DNA of 64,000 nt from IMG/VR virus record IMGVR_UViG_3300049460_000123, positions 1-64,000 of that record; one strand, given 5' to 3'. Each line of letters begins with the position of its first letter. Position 1 is the first letter of the stretch. The notes below the pieces were generated by a model that was not told where the DNA came from, did not search any database, and saw only the letters and a list, made by a program, of their open reading frames with translations. Position numbers and translations under genes: made by a program. This document shows, piece by piece, positions 36,870-46,832 of the stretch. Source of the stretch: a virus.

Positions 36870-39653
36870 TCACCCGCGCGCGCCCGCCGGCTTAGGTGCG
36901 CTGTACGTCGTCGACACCGTGTTAACATTCGGCGCGGCGCCGCCCGGCATGCTGAACGTGTGATGGTTGTCGACCGCCACATGCACCTGCACCGGATTGC
37001 CGCCGCCACTGGCCGCCTCCGCAGCGGCCGCTTTTGTGTCTGCATCGCTCGGCACCGGGTTGCCCGCGAACTCACTCGCACGCCCCATGATCGCCGGCGC
37101 GTAGGCGCGCGTCTCCGAGTTGTTCCACTTACTCTTATCCCACCCCTTGTTATAGCCGCTCAGCGAATCCGCGATGTTCCCGAAATGCCCCTTGTTCTCG
37201 CGCATCACCTCGCGCTGCATAAGAACAGCGTCGTGCGGATCATACGGATTCAGCTTCCGACCAAGCCGCTTCTCGAGCGACTTGAGCGTGTCCGGCATGA
37301 TCTGAGCAAGTCCCATCGCACCCGCATCGCTGGTGGCTGCAGGATCAAACTTACTCTCCTGATAGAGCTGAGACATCGACGTGCCGGGATCGGCGCCGAT
37401 CATCTTGTCCGTCTGTGCCTCGTAGTCCTTCAGCCATTGCTGATCCCTAAGACTCTGCGTGCCCGGCGAACCGTACTTGTTTTTCGCAGCGAGGCGCTCG
37501 TCCTGATACTCCGTCGCGGCCTTCTGATCCGCGTCGACGCCCGACGTGTCCGCCGCCGCTTTCAGCCGGTCGTATTCCTTCTGTGCGGCCGCACGCTCCG
37601 CCGGCGACAGGCGCATGTCGGTCGTCTTGTTGTAGAGCTCCGCGCCCTTGGCGTTGAATTCCTGCTTAGCCTGGCGGGCCGCTTTGCGCTTCTCGTCGGC
37701 CGCCGCGTTGATCTGATCGACGGCGTCGTTCCGCTCCGCCTTGTTGTTCGCGTCCGCAATCTGGCGTTGCGACTTCGTGCCGCCGCCGGCCATATACACC
37801 ACGGAATTCATGATCGTCGTCGTCAGCGGGACCATCTTGTCCGCCATGTCCGTGATCACCTTCTGCACGCCCGACAGTCCGTCCCGAACTTCAGTCCCCT
37901 CCGTCTTCTCCTGATTCTTCTGATAGGCGTCCCTGAACTGGCGATCCTTCTCCTCACTGCTCAGCGACTTGTCGGCCTCGATGCTGGTCAGCCGTTGGAT
38001 CCCGGTCGCATTCACCTTCGACATATCGAGACCGAGGCGCGAGAGGCGCGACACGGATCCGCCGATGCTGGCCGGGTTGTCTTTCTGTGCAGCCGCAAGC
38101 GCAGCCGACTGATTGATGCTGGTCCCGAACAGGTTCGACATCGCCGAGAGCATGAGCTCCGGATTGTTCCGGTACTGACGCTGAAGGCTGTCCATGAGAG
38201 ACGCGAAATTGGTCTGCCCGGATCCAGCTCCCATCGTCGGCATGCGCACGCCATACGCACGGCCAAAGCGCGCCATAGCGGACTTTTCGCCGAATGCCCC
38301 CTCCGCCGTGCCGAACATGCCCTGCTCCTGCAGAGCAGTCGTCATGATCGGGTCCAGTCCGTTGCGCCGGCCCAGCGCCGCGAACATGAAATTCTTTCCT
38401 GCCTCGCCCGCGTTGCCGCCGCGCTGGATCGAGCCGCTCACAGTGCCGAGCAGGTTTGCGATCGACTGCGCGTCAGTGCCGGGCGTGCCCGTGTTGGCAA
38501 GCGTCGCAAACTCACTGAGGTAGCCGCCGACATTGGCAGTCGCCATGCCCATGCGCGACTGTTGCTGCGTGAAGCCCGCTATCGCCGCGAGCACTTCATC
38601 CATCTTTGCGGATGCGCCCGACTTTGTAACCGTCTCGCCGATCAACAGCGCGAGCCGCTTGGATCCGTTTTCATCGGTCGTCACGCCGGTTTGACGCATC
38701 TGGCCGAAGAACGCACCGGCGCGCGATGGATCGATGCCGTAAGAGCGGGCAAAGCCGCCAGCGATCGCTACCTCGTTCGCGAGCGTCTTCGCATCCTTGC
38801 CGAACGTGCCGGCGGCCTGCGAGAAAGCGGACGCTACTTTTTGCGTCTCCTCATAGGTCGCACCGAAACTCCACGACGCGTTTTCGAGGGACGTCTTGAG
38901 CTCGCGGAAACCCACGCCGACGTCGCCGAGCTGGCGCTTGAGCGTGTCGTAGCCGACGTCGAGCTGCTGCGCGGCGCCGATCTTTGCTTTCACAGCGCCC
39001 ACGACTGCACTCACCCCTTGCGCGACGAGGTTCGCCAGGATCATCGGGCCACCGATCCCAGCCATGCCACCCTCGAGCGCACCCGCCGCAGCGCCGCCGG
39101 CGCCGCCAGTCGCACGGAGACCCGAGCTAAGGATCCGGCGCCCAGCGCTACCCCACGACGAAGCCGGCGTTCCATTGCCCCCATCGCCGTTACCGCCACC
39201 GCCCGCCCCGGCACGCTGGCGCCGCTCCCACTCGCGTTTGCCAGCAATGTCGTCCCAGCCGATACGCTCGTCGAAGCCCGGCGCCGGATGCGCCGTGAAC
39301 CCGGCGCCCGTGCCGGCCGTCACGTAGTCGTACGCCTTTCGCATCTGACGCGAACGACTATTCTGGTCCGGATACATCTTGGCCCAGTCGATATTGAAGA
39401 AGTCCGTCCCGTTTTGGCCGGTATCCTTCATCCGCTTCCGGAAGTCGCCCGAGATTTTGAGGAGGCTGTCGAATTGCGCCTGCACGCGCTGCAGGTCCGC
39501 CATCGTCGACTTGTCGACCGGGTTGAATTTGACCTTATTCGCGCCCGCGACAGTGTTGCCGAGCCGGTTGATCTCCTGCGTCAACTGGCTCAGAACCTTG
39601 TCGATGTCGCCGGTATTAAAGTCGGCACTGATCGGAATCGTTACGCCTGCCAT
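36870..39653 (-). CDS. Tape-measure protein with C-terminal SLT lytic transglycosylase
   Basis: Ala/Gly-rich helical body; QESKFDPAATSDAGAMGLAQIMPDT, GYNKG, ETRAY. Confidence 0.88.
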   Translation of the reverse strand: MAGVTIPISADFNTGDIDKVLSQLTQEINRLGNTVAGANKVKFNPVDKSTMADLQRVQAQFDSLLKISGDFRKRMKDTGQNGTDFFNIDWAKMYPDQNSRSRQMRKAYDYVTAGTGAGFTAHPAPGFDERIGWDDIAGKREWERRQRAGAGGGGNGDGGNGTPASSWGSAGRRILSSGLRATGGAGGAAAGALEGGMAGIGGPMILANLVAQGVSAVVGAVKAKIGAAQQLDVGYDTLKRQLGDVGVGFRELKTSLENASWSFGATYEETQKVASAFSQAAGTFGKDAKTLANEVAIAGGFARSYGIDPSRAGAFFGQMRQTGVTTDENGSKRLALLIGETVTKSGASAKMDEVLAAIAGFTQQQSRMGMATANVGGYLSEFATLANTGTPGTDAQSIANLLGTVSGSIQRGGNAGEAGKNFMFAALGRRNGLDPIMTTALQEQGMFGTAEGAFGEKSAMARFGRAYGVRMPTMGAGSGQTNFASLMDSLQRQYRNNPELMLSAMSNLFGTSINQSAALAAAQKDNPASIGGSVSRLSRLGLDMSKVNATGIQRLTSIEADKSLSSEEKDRQFRDAYQKNQEKTEGTEVRDGLSGVQKVITDMADKMVPLTTTIMNSVVYMAGGGTKSQRQIADANNKAERNDAVDQINAAADEKRKAARQAKQEFNAKGAELYNKTTDMRLSPAERAAAQKEYDRLKAAADTSGVDADQKAATEYQDERLAAKNKYGSPGTQSLRDQQWLKDYEAQTDKMIGADPGTSMSQLYQESKFDPAATSDAGAMGLAQIMPDTLKSLEKRLGRKLNPYDPHDAVLMQREVMRENKGHFGNIADSLSGYNKGWDKSKWNNSETRAYAPAIMGRASEFAGNPVPSDADTKAAAAEAASGGGNPVQVHVAVDNHHTFSMPGGAAPNVNTVSTTYSAPKPAGARG

Positions 39654-39931
39654 CAAATTTCTTCCCAATCGTTAGGGTCAGGACGCGCGACTATCGCGTT
39701 AGCGTCTCTCAATTCAGCTTCCAGATCGAAATCGTCGTCTTCAGCTTCTTCCTTCGCCGGGTTTTCATAATAGAAGTGCGCCCAGTAGTCAGCACTCATA
39801 TCCTCGATCGTCGCCTCGAGGTAGCGCGGATCAGTCGGCGGAAGGTTGTATTTCCGGCGAAACCAGAACTCGATCGTTTTCGCCGCTTCGCGCCCGTTTA
39901 TCTTCGAGTCCCGTTCCAGGTACTCGACGAA
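39653..39931 (-). CDS. Tail assembly chaperone T-segment (reached by a putative +1 frameshift)
   Basis: Open frame FVEYLERD...FWFRRKYNLPPTDPRYL...WEEI*; stop overlaps the TMP ATG; no upstream in-frame ATG. Confidence 0.7.
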   Translation of the reverse strand, partial: FVEYLERDSKINGREAAKTIEFWFRRKYNLPPTDPRYLEATIEDMSADYWAHFYYENPAKEEAEDDDFDLEAELRDANAIVARPDPNDWEEI

Positions 39932-40235
39932 AAGAGTCCTCCTTAGCGCGGAGCGCAGCGTGCACGTTCATCAGGTGCGCGTAACTCGCGTCGTCCAGCG
40001 GATCGAGCTCGTCGAGATCCCATCCGTCCGGCGCTTTCAGCGTCAGCACCTTCAGCGTCGCGATCCAGCCGCCGACCGTCTCGAGGAATGCAGTCGGCGA
40101 TGCGATACCCTCGCTCAGCCGCGAGAACTCAGCGGCGATCGCCAGCTCAGTGCGCATGTTGCGACGCGCGAACGTGAAGACTCCGACGCCATCGACGTCG
40201 ACCACAAATTGTTTCGAACCAGGTGCGTTTGACAT
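39831..40235 (-). CDS. Tail assembly chaperone (G-like)
   Basis: Lies between tube and tape measure; GGAGAG RBS. Confidence 0.8.
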   Translation of the reverse strand: MSNAPGSKQFVVDVDGVGVFTFARRNMRTELAIAAEFSRLSEGIASPTAFLETVGGWIATLKVLTLKAPDGWDLDELDPLDDASYAHLMNVHAALRAKEDSFRRVPGTGLEDKRARSGENDRVLVSPEIQPSAD

Positions 40236-40251
40236 GCTCTCTCCGGATTTT

Positions 40252-40282
40252 AAAAAAGGCCGCCGGTTTAGGGCGGCCTTTT
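40252..40282 (-). terminator. Intrinsic (bidirectional-type) terminator after the tail tube
   Basis: AAAAGGCCGCC-loop-GGCGGCCTTTT. Confidence 0.8.
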
Positions 40283-40298
40283 ACTTACTGCGCGGCTC

Positions 40299-40724
40299 TT
40301 AGATCTGCGTGCCCGAGGTGTCGAGTGCATTGAACTGGCCGCTCGATACCACGACCGCATTCGCGCTCACTTCAACGTCGCCGGACGCATACGACACGCC
40401 CATGTACTTCTTCAGCAGCGTGCCGTCGTCCTTGTCGAACACTTCGACGTCGAACACCAGGCCCTGCAGGACGGCGTCGCCGTTCTCCGCAGTGATGCCG
40501 GCCGAGCGCATCGATCCGCTTTTCAGCACGACTTGCTGGCACGTGAGCGTGTGACGCGCGACTGTCGGCACGTACTCGATCACGTGAATGTCGCCGATAC
40601 CGCTCACCGGCTCCGGCGCATAATCGTCGTTCATGCGAACGCTGCGCATTGCGCCGATCACGTTGCCGTCGTACGTGATCACGATCCGGTTACCACTCCG
40701 GGCTTTGACGTTTTTGGTTGCCAT
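40299..40724 (-). CDS. Tail tube protein
   Basis: Follows sheath; EPVSGIGDIHVIEYVP. Confidence 0.85.
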   Translation of the reverse strand: MATKNVKARSGNRIVITYDGNVIGAMRSVRMNDDYAPEPVSGIGDIHVIEYVPTVARHTLTCQQVVLKSGSMRSAGITAENGDAVLQGLVFDVEVFDKDDGTLLKKYMGVSYASGDVEVSANAVVVSSGQFNALDTSGTQI

Positions 40725-40737
40725 TTATCGGGCCTCC

Positions 40738-42450
40738 TTATGCCGACGCCGAGCCGCTGAACGGCACAGCGAACACGGACACGGGGATGTAGTTGATCGG
40801 CAGAACCGGCGAGCACTGGAACTGGACGCCAATCACGTCACCCTCCAGGGTTGCCTGAATGTTCTTGAACGCCGGGTTTTTTGCATCGCCCACGAGCACG
40901 CCAGGGCCGACCGGTTCAGCAACCGCCAGTGCGCGCAAAGCCGTATCCGCGATCGACACAGCGCGAGCCATGTTTTGCGGCGTTGCCTTTGCACCGCGCA
41001 GCACGTCGAGCGCATTGCGGACGTTGCGCACCGTGAAGTCGAGCGCCACGCCGACCGACTGCTCGACGCGGTTGTAGTTCGCATTCACGAGCCACGTGCT
41101 GATCGACTTGACGATCATGAAGCCCGTCGATTCGTTGTCCACGCACAGCACACCGCCCTTGATCAGCGCATCCGTATCGGTCGGGTTGATCAGGTTCCGC
41201 TCGAGCCCCTGCACCGAAACGCTCTTGTTCGTCAGCGGAGTGCCCGGGTTCACACCCGAGAACGCGCCGGCGATCATTGCCGCCATCAGGTACGGAGGGA
41301 ACAGTACGAGCGCGCCGGTCGCGTCGAAGTCGTAATACCCGAGGTGCGTCAGCGAGGTGCGATCGCTATTGATCGACTTCGCGGCCGCGATCGCCTGGAT
41401 ATCGGTCGTGCCGAGCGCGGTACCGCAGATTGCGCGGCGCTCCTTGCGGCCGGTCGTGCTCATGAACTGCACGTGCGCGTCGGTCATCGCGTGAATCGAC
41501 GGATCCGAGGTGATCGGCGTGATCCACTGCACGTCAGCCGATTGCAGCGCCGTGAACGCGGCCGACCATTGCGCATTGGTCGTCACGCCATCCGAGCCAC
41601 CCGTCAGGAACGTGAACGGGATCGCAGCCGGAATTGCGCCGGCGTTCGTCGCGCGCGTCGCCACGACATAGCCTTGTGCCGTGCTGTTGAACCAGTCGAC
41701 CAGCGCTTGCAGGTTTGCCGCCGCCGTGACTACCGCAGTCTTGACGTCGACGCTCGTCACGTAGTCCAGACCATTCAACGCCGCCTGCTGGCCGTTGCCG
41801 TCGAGCACAGTCGCGAGGAAGCCCGGCACCACGTCGATTGCGTCGACGAGTTGCTGGATCGTCTTCATCTGCGTCAGATCGATCGTTGCCACCGGCGAGC
41901 CGCCAGCTTGCAGAACGACGGTCGTGCCCGTGATGGACATCGTTGCGCTTGCGGCCGCGCCCGTGTACTGGATCGAGAACGCATTGCGCGCGATGTTGTC
42001 CTGGGTGTAAAAGCTCGTGCCGAACTGCGTAGTTGCCTGCAGGCCCGTCACGCTACCCGGCTGAACCTTGACCTTGATCTGGTTCGTCCATGCGCCCCAG
42101 TCTGCGGACAGCAGATTGATCGCCGGCGCGCTGGCAGCGTCGAGCAGCGTCAATGCCGACTGAAGTGCCGGGTTCACGCGGATCACGACCACCGACGCGG
42201 CGCCGCCAACTTCGGTCGACGGAGCGAACGCGTTTTGAACTGCCGTCAGCAGCTCGCCACTTTGCAGCACAGCCGCAGCCGTCGACGGATCGCCGAACGT
42301 CAGGGGCACATTCGGTTGACCACCAACCGATTGACCAATCAGCGCAACGACGTTGCCAACCGACAGGTTTTGATTCGCCATCGCGGAATCGTCGACCGCC
42401 GACATGGTCGCGGGCGAAATCCAAAGGCGGCCGTTGAAAAATACGGGCAT
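40738..42450 (-). CDS. Contractile tail sheath protein
   Basis: ALIGQSVGGQP, DWGAWTN, LTGGSDG, PLTNK, PVLPINYI. Confidence 0.93.
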   Translation of the reverse strand: MPVFFNGRLWISPATMSAVDDSAMANQNLSVGNVVALIGQSVGGQPNVPLTFGDPSTAAAVLQSGELLTAVQNAFAPSTEVGGAASVVVIRVNPALQSALTLLDAASAPAINLLSADWGAWTNQIKVKVQPGSVTGLQATTQFGTSFYTQDNIARNAFSIQYTGAAASATMSITGTTVVLQAGGSPVATIDLTQMKTIQQLVDAIDVVPGFLATVLDGNGQQAALNGLDYVTSVDVKTAVVTAAANLQALVDWFNSTAQGYVVATRATNAGAIPAAIPFTFLTGGSDGVTTNAQWSAAFTALQSADVQWITPITSDPSIHAMTDAHVQFMSTTGRKERRAICGTALGTTDIQAIAAAKSINSDRTSLTHLGYYDFDATGALVLFPPYLMAAMIAGAFSGVNPGTPLTNKSVSVQGLERNLINPTDTDALIKGGVLCVDNESTGFMIVKSISTWLVNANYNRVEQSVGVALDFTVRNVRNALDVLRGAKATPQNMARAVSIADTALRALAVAEPVGPGVLVGDAKNPAFKNIQATLEGDVIGVQFQCSPVLPINYIPVSVFAVPFSGSASA

Positions 42451-42459
42451 GTTTTTTCC

Positions 42460-42687
42460 TTAAACGACAGGCTTGTTGAGGAAAGCCGTGTATCGAGCCT
42501 GATAGTTCGATTCGGCATCTTTCTGGCGCCCGGCCTGGCTTTCCGTGAAGTGGAAAGCGCTAATGAGCTCGACGCGGCGATCGGTCATCGACAGCCGCGT
42601 GCAAAACTCGTTAAGCGCTACCAGCGGCACCGCCGTGACAGCGGGAGCCCCGCCACCGACGATCGCTACGTCTTGATCCATACTCAT
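42460..42687 (-). CDS. Small virion-associated hypothetical protein
   Basis: ORF track; AAGGA RBS. Confidence 0.7.
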   Translation of the reverse strand: MSMDQDVAIVGGGAPAVTAVPLVALNEFCTRLSMTDRRVELISAFHFTESQAGRQKDAESNYQARYTAFLNKPVV

Positions 42688-42692
42688 TTCCT

Positions 42693-43526
42693 TTAGTTAG
42701 GATATACAACGGTTACATCAACATCGACGATCGGATCGACTTGATCGCCAACCAAGACGGGCGCCATGCACGTGAAAGTGCCCGCAGCCTGGTAGACCGG
42801 CGCCGGATATTCCCCGCTCACCGCGTCAACGTCCTGAATTGAAAATTCGGGCTGCACAATGCCGTTGTCGTCGAACACCGGCAGGTTTCCGATCACGATC
42901 CGGCGGATTGCTTTGCGCAGCGAGATCCGCTCGTCCGGATTCATCGACCAGCCGATAACGGCGATCTGAACGTTTGCGAGCCACCCCTCCGCCTCAGTCC
43001 ATTGATTCGCCGTCTCGTCGAACGAGTCGGCGAGGAACTGCTCGCCGATCGCGCGCTCAGCAGGCGACTCGGACGTCAGGTGAACGCTCACCATCGGCCA
43101 GCGCGTGTCTTCGTACTGAGGCGGCGCAGTCAGCACCGGGATCGCACCGCTCGACGGCTTCAACGTGCCGCGCGTCACCTCGACGGCGAGTCCGGCTGCG
43201 ATGCGATCGCGAATGAGAGACAGGGAGTCGACGCTGTAATCGACATACGTCGCATTGGGAGTCGCCGAGACGACATTGCTTGCCGTCCACGTGGCGCCAT
43301 TCCAATAGAATGCGCAGTAGTACGTCTGAATGCCGTTCTGCAAGAACTGCACGTCGACGAGATAGTTGTCGGTCCCCTCGTATGCCACGAACGACGCCGG
43401 ATCTGTTTCGCCAGGAAACACGCCCGTGCCATTGCGCAGGATTCGCCAGTTAAGGGCGTCCGAAGGCGGCGCAAGGAAAACCTTTAGCGCGTTGCCGATC
43501 GGGAGAGGGACGACGAATGAAATCAT
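42693..43526 (-). CDS. Tail terminator/neck protein with N-terminal Ig-like domain
   Basis: WPMVSVHL; position before sheath. Confidence 0.65.
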   Translation of the reverse strand: MISFVVPLPIGNALKVFLAPPSDALNWRILRNGTGVFPGETDPASFVAYEGTDNYLVDVQFLQNGIQTYYCAFYWNGATWTASNVVSATPNATYVDYSVDSLSLIRDRIAAGLAVEVTRGTLKPSSGAIPVLTAPPQYEDTRWPMVSVHLTSESPAERAIGEQFLADSFDETANQWTEAEGWLANVQIAVIGWSMNPDERISLRKAIRRIVIGNLPVFDDNGIVQPEFSIQDVDAVSGEYPAPVYQAAGTFTCMAPVLVGDQVDPIVDVDVTVVYPN

Positions 43527-43532
43527 GAGAGT

Positions 43533-43573
43533 AGTGTGCTGTCACGACCACCCGCGAGACGTGACACTACACT
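43533..43573. promoter_or_regulatory. Back-to-back GTCGTGAC-class promoters (leftward 43533-43548; rightward variant GACGTGAC-AC-TACACT 43558-43573)
   Basis: Both carry the conserved A/T of the -10; the leftward one is leaderless to ATG 43526. Confidence 0.75.
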
Positions 43574-43594
43574 CGAGTAAAGGAGGTGTTTCGC

Positions 43595-44449
43595 ATGGCT
43601 GAATTTCGAATCGCGGTAGATCTCTCGCAAGTGATGAACGCCGTGCCGATCATTACCCGGCAGGTTTTCCCACTGGTGAATCAGGCTGTGCGCGCGATCG
43701 CACAGCAGACGCAAGCGAACTGGATGGAGTCCGTCTACCGCGCGCACCTATGGAGTGGCGAGAAAGACGCCTATGCGAAGTCGATCGCCTGGGAAATGAC
43801 CGGCGACTTTTCCGCCGTCGTGAAGTCCGACTACAAGAACGCCGAGGAGATCGATCAGGGCCGCCCGCCGTACGACCTGAAACAGATGCTCAATACGTCG
43901 CCGAAGGTGCGGCGCACGAAGGACGGCCGGCGCTTCATGATCATTCCGTTTCGGCAGAACACCACCGGACAGGACGCGCTCACGCAAGGCATGCCGGAGG
44001 ACGTCTACACCGCCGCATCCGCGCTCAGCGCGAGCAAGATCGTCGCGCAGTCGAAACGCGCATCGGGGGAATTAACCTCGATCCATCCGAAATGGGGGAC
44101 GCAAGTCCTAAAGAAGCAGACGCCGTTCGCCTCGAACATCAAGACGCGCGGTCCGATGCTCGTCAACAAAAACATCTACAAGTGGGGAGGAAAGCTCGAC
44201 ACCAGCGGAATGGCGGGCCTCACCGACGCACAGAAGAAGCGCTATAACGGCATGGTGCGAATGACAGGCACCACGCCCGGAGGCGGGCGCTACAGTCAAT
44301 TCATGACGTTCCGCGTAATGATGGAAGGCAGCGCCGGCTGGATAATTCCGGCGCGCCCCGGCTTGAACCTGGCCCGCAACGTCGCCGCGAAGATTCAACC
44401 GCTCGCCGAGCGCGTGATCAACGAGGCGGTCGCACAGTCGTTCAAGTAG
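43595..44449 (+). CDS. Neck/tail-completion-like virion morphogenesis protein on the opposite strand
   Basis: AAGGAGG RBS; PPYDLKQML...RFMIIPFR...FMTFRV...GWIIP. Confidence 0.7.
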   Translation: MAEFRIAVDLSQVMNAVPIITRQVFPLVNQAVRAIAQQTQANWMESVYRAHLWSGEKDAYAKSIAWEMTGDFSAVVKSDYKNAEEIDQGRPPYDLKQMLNTSPKVRRTKDGRRFMIIPFRQNTTGQDALTQGMPEDVYTAASALSASKIVAQSKRASGELTSIHPKWGTQVLKKQTPFASNIKTRGPMLVNKNIYKWGGKLDTSGMAGLTDAQKKRYNGMVRMTGTTPGGGRYSQFMTFRVMMEGSAGWIIPARPGLNLARNVAAKIQPLAERVINEAVAQSFK

Positions 44450-45092
44450 TCGACGTCATATCCCGTCCGAACAGATCGAAGGAGCGCAGGACGACGCGCT
44501 TCGGCAGGCGGGCGCCTTGGTGCTCGCCGCGCATGCCCGGGAATTGACCGAAACAGAAATACTCCGAATAGCGCTTTCCCGACACGCTGTACTGCACGCC
44601 GAGAGGCGGAGCTCCGGACGTCCACGAGAGCGAGCCATCAGCCGCGACCGTCGGAATCGCGCCCTGCACGACGTTTTTATTTGCGTCGAGCCAGAACACC
44701 CGAAAAATACTGTTCACGTTGAAGAACAGTTTCTCCACCGGCGCGCCGCGCACCAGCACGAGCGAGAAGTCTTCGGTCGCATTCAGCATCGTCACGCGAT
44801 CGAACTGGCCCATCTCGTAGAGCGGAGTGTTTTCCGGGATGGACAGGACCGTGTCGCCGTCTTGCCACATGCCGAACTGTGCCCACGCTTGTTGCACCTT
44901 CTGGCTTGCGACGCCCGCGACGCCCTGCACCGGCGGATCCCACAGGCGCCCTTTTCCGCCGCATTGCGGACAGCCGGGCGTGGCCGCACCGGAGTACGGA
45001 TCCACGCACGGGCAATGGAACGCCTTGCGCCACGAGTAGCGCTGGCCGATGAAAGCCAAATGGCCGTTGAATGCTGCAGGGTTCAGTCTCAT
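44442..45092 (-). CDS. Head closure/stopper-like protein with zinc motif
   Basis: CPC...CPQCGGKG; synteny. Confidence 0.65.
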   Translation of the reverse strand: MRLNPAAFNGHLAFIGQRYSWRKAFHCPCVDPYSGAATPGCPQCGGKGRLWDPPVQGVAGVASQKVQQAWAQFGMWQDGDTVLSIPENTPLYEMGQFDRVTMLNATEDFSLVLVRGAPVEKLFFNVNSIFRVFWLDANKNVVQGAIPTVAADGSLSWTSGAPPLGVQYSVSGKRYSEYFCFGQFPGMRGEHQGARLPKRVVLRSFDLFGRDMTSTT

Positions 45093-46198
45093 CCGAGCAC
45101 CGTAGAGCGGATACCGTGAATCGCCGTCATCAGCCCACCATTCGAGCCCTTCGGACCATTCAGGATGTAGTCGATTGTGTCGCGGTACTTGTCCATGTCG
45201 ACCGACATCGACTGCGACAGACCGTCCGCGCTGATCGAGCCGGACTGAGGCAGGAACCCGTCCTCGATCGACTTGAGCACCGCCAGCTTTTTGATTGCGT
45301 CAATGAGCTCCGGATACTCCGCGCGCGCGTTCGCGATGCCGGCGACGTACTTTAGGTTCAGCATGAACGGGATCGTGCGACCGGCCGCGACCGCCTGCAT
45401 AATGAACGACGACAGCGGCACGGCGACGGCATACGTCGACGGTACGAGGCGGATCACGCCGTAATGCTGATCGAGGCGGATCCAGTCTTGCGGGATCTCG
45501 AACACCATCGCCGCCGGATCCGGATAGGCGAACTTCATCATCTGGATCGACTGGACAGGCTTTTGACGCGTCGCGATGTAGCCCCACGAATCGCCCTCAA
45601 AGAAGGCCGGGCCATAGTCGTAAGGCGGATCGATCGCCCACGGCATGCCGGGCGGAAGGCTCGCGAGATCGTCGGCAGTCGGATCGGACGGAAAGAACTG
45701 CGTCGGCACGAGCGGCACGCGCAGCGTATGCGCGATCGACGACTCAGCCGCGAGCAGCTTTCCCCACAGGTAGTCATCCGAGAGCACCTGGCCGGCGAAG
45801 AAGTTGGCCGATGCCATGAACAGGCTATCCGCGCGCAGCTCCTCGATCACAATGTCCTTGATGAACAATTGCGAGCGCGTTGCCGAACCGGCCGACTCGA
45901 CATGGATCAGGAAGCGCTTTGCGAGCGCCGGCGCCGAGCTCGTGACGACCAGCATACAGTCGCCCACCGGGACGACATCCATCGCCGCAGCGTCGAACGA
46001 CACCACGACGACGCCCGCCGACCAGTCCGCGCCCGGATCTGCAGCCGCAGACGTCGTCGCCGGACACAGCGCCGTATGGCCGTCCATCGCGACGAGTTGG
46101 GCCTGCACCGTCGAAGTGTCGGCGATCGCCACCGGCGCACCGTTGACTTGGACGGTAACGGGAAATTGTGCTGCAATCCCAGTGAGAATCGTTGTCAC
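45089..46198 (-). CDS. Head-tail adaptor (neck) protein
   Basis: YVAG, SISADGLSQS; synteny after capsid. Confidence 0.7.
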   Translation of the reverse strand: MTTILTGIAAQFPVTVQVNGAPVAIADTSTVQAQLVAMDGHTALCPATTSAAADPGADWSAGVVVVSFDAAAMDVVPVGDCMLVVTSSAPALAKRFLIHVESAGSATRSQLFIKDIVIEELRADSLFMASANFFAGQVLSDDYLWGKLLAAESSIAHTLRVPLVPTQFFPSDPTADDLASLPPGMPWAIDPPYDYGPAFFEGDSWGYIATRQKPVQSIQMMKFAYPDPAAMVFEIPQDWIRLDQHYGVIRLVPSTYAVAVPLSSFIMQAVAAGRTIPFMLNLKYVAGIANARAEYPELIDAIKKLAVLKSIEDGFLPQSGSISADGLSQSMSVDMDKYRDTIDYILNGPKGSNGGLMTAIHGIRSTVLG

Positions 46199-46207
46199 GT
46201 TTATTCC

Positions 46208-46247
46208 AAAGAAAAAGGCCGCCGGCGGATCAGTCCGACGACGGCCT
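46208..46247 (-). terminator. Intrinsic terminator after capsid genes
   Basis: GGCCGTCG...CGGCGGCC-TTTTTCTTT on minus strand. Confidence 0.7.
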
Positions 46248-46267
46248 CGTGGCAGAAAGCGGCCGGG

Positions 46268-46465
46268 TTACTGACGCGCAGCCAGCGTCTTGACCGCACT
46301 CACAGTCGTCAGGTTCAGGCCGGCGAGCGCCGCCGCCGTCAGCGCTGCGAGCAGTGCGTTGTGCTGCGTGATCAGATCCTCGAGCACCGAACCGAGCTGC
46401 ACGTCGGCAGCAGCCGGCGCGAGCTTGTTCAAGCGTGCAACGAGGGTTTTTTCAGTCAGAGCCAT
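46268..46465 (-). CDS. Small head-associated (decoration/fibre-like) protein
   Basis: LITQHNALLAAL; follows MCP. Confidence 0.65.
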   Translation of the reverse strand: MALTEKTLVARLNKLAPAAADVQLGSVLEDLITQHNALLAALTAAALAGLNLTTVSAVKTLAARQ

Positions 46466-46481
46466 GAATTACCCTTTTGGG

Positions 46482-46760
46482 TTATGCCGTCGGCTCAGTC
46501 GCATCAGCGGCAGGCTTCTGCGCGGGCGCAGCAGGTGCAGCAGGTGCGGCCGGGACTTCGGCCGGGATCAGCGGAGCTTGAGCAGCAGCGGCGTCCTTCG
46601 CCGCATTCTTGCCATGCAACACGTAGCCCTTGATTGTCAGAAGTACCGCAGCGACATCGTCCTCGATCTCCTCCGAGATCATGCCGAGTTTGTGCGAGAC
46701 GAACTTGATGCCGTTGACCAGCTCAGAACCGTTTTCGAGCGTCCAAATAACCTTTGCCAT
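46482..46760 (-). CDS. Hypothetical virion protein
   Basis: GGAGG RBS; Ala/Pro tail. Confidence 0.75.
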   Translation of the reverse strand: MAKVIWTLENGSELVNGIKFVSHKLGMISEEIEDDVAAVLLTIKGYVLHGKNAAKDAAAAQAPLIPAEVPAAPAAPAAPAQKPAADATEPTA

Positions 46761-46832
46761 ACCACCTCCGAGAATTTTTTCAGAAGGCCGCGCACCTCAC
46801 GATACGCGGCCCGCCCTACTACCTACGAACGA

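Noticed and set aside
36960-39770. 936-aa plus-strand ORF
   Set aside because: Antisense shadow of the tape-measure gene; Arg-rich, no motifs; expected with high-GC codon bias
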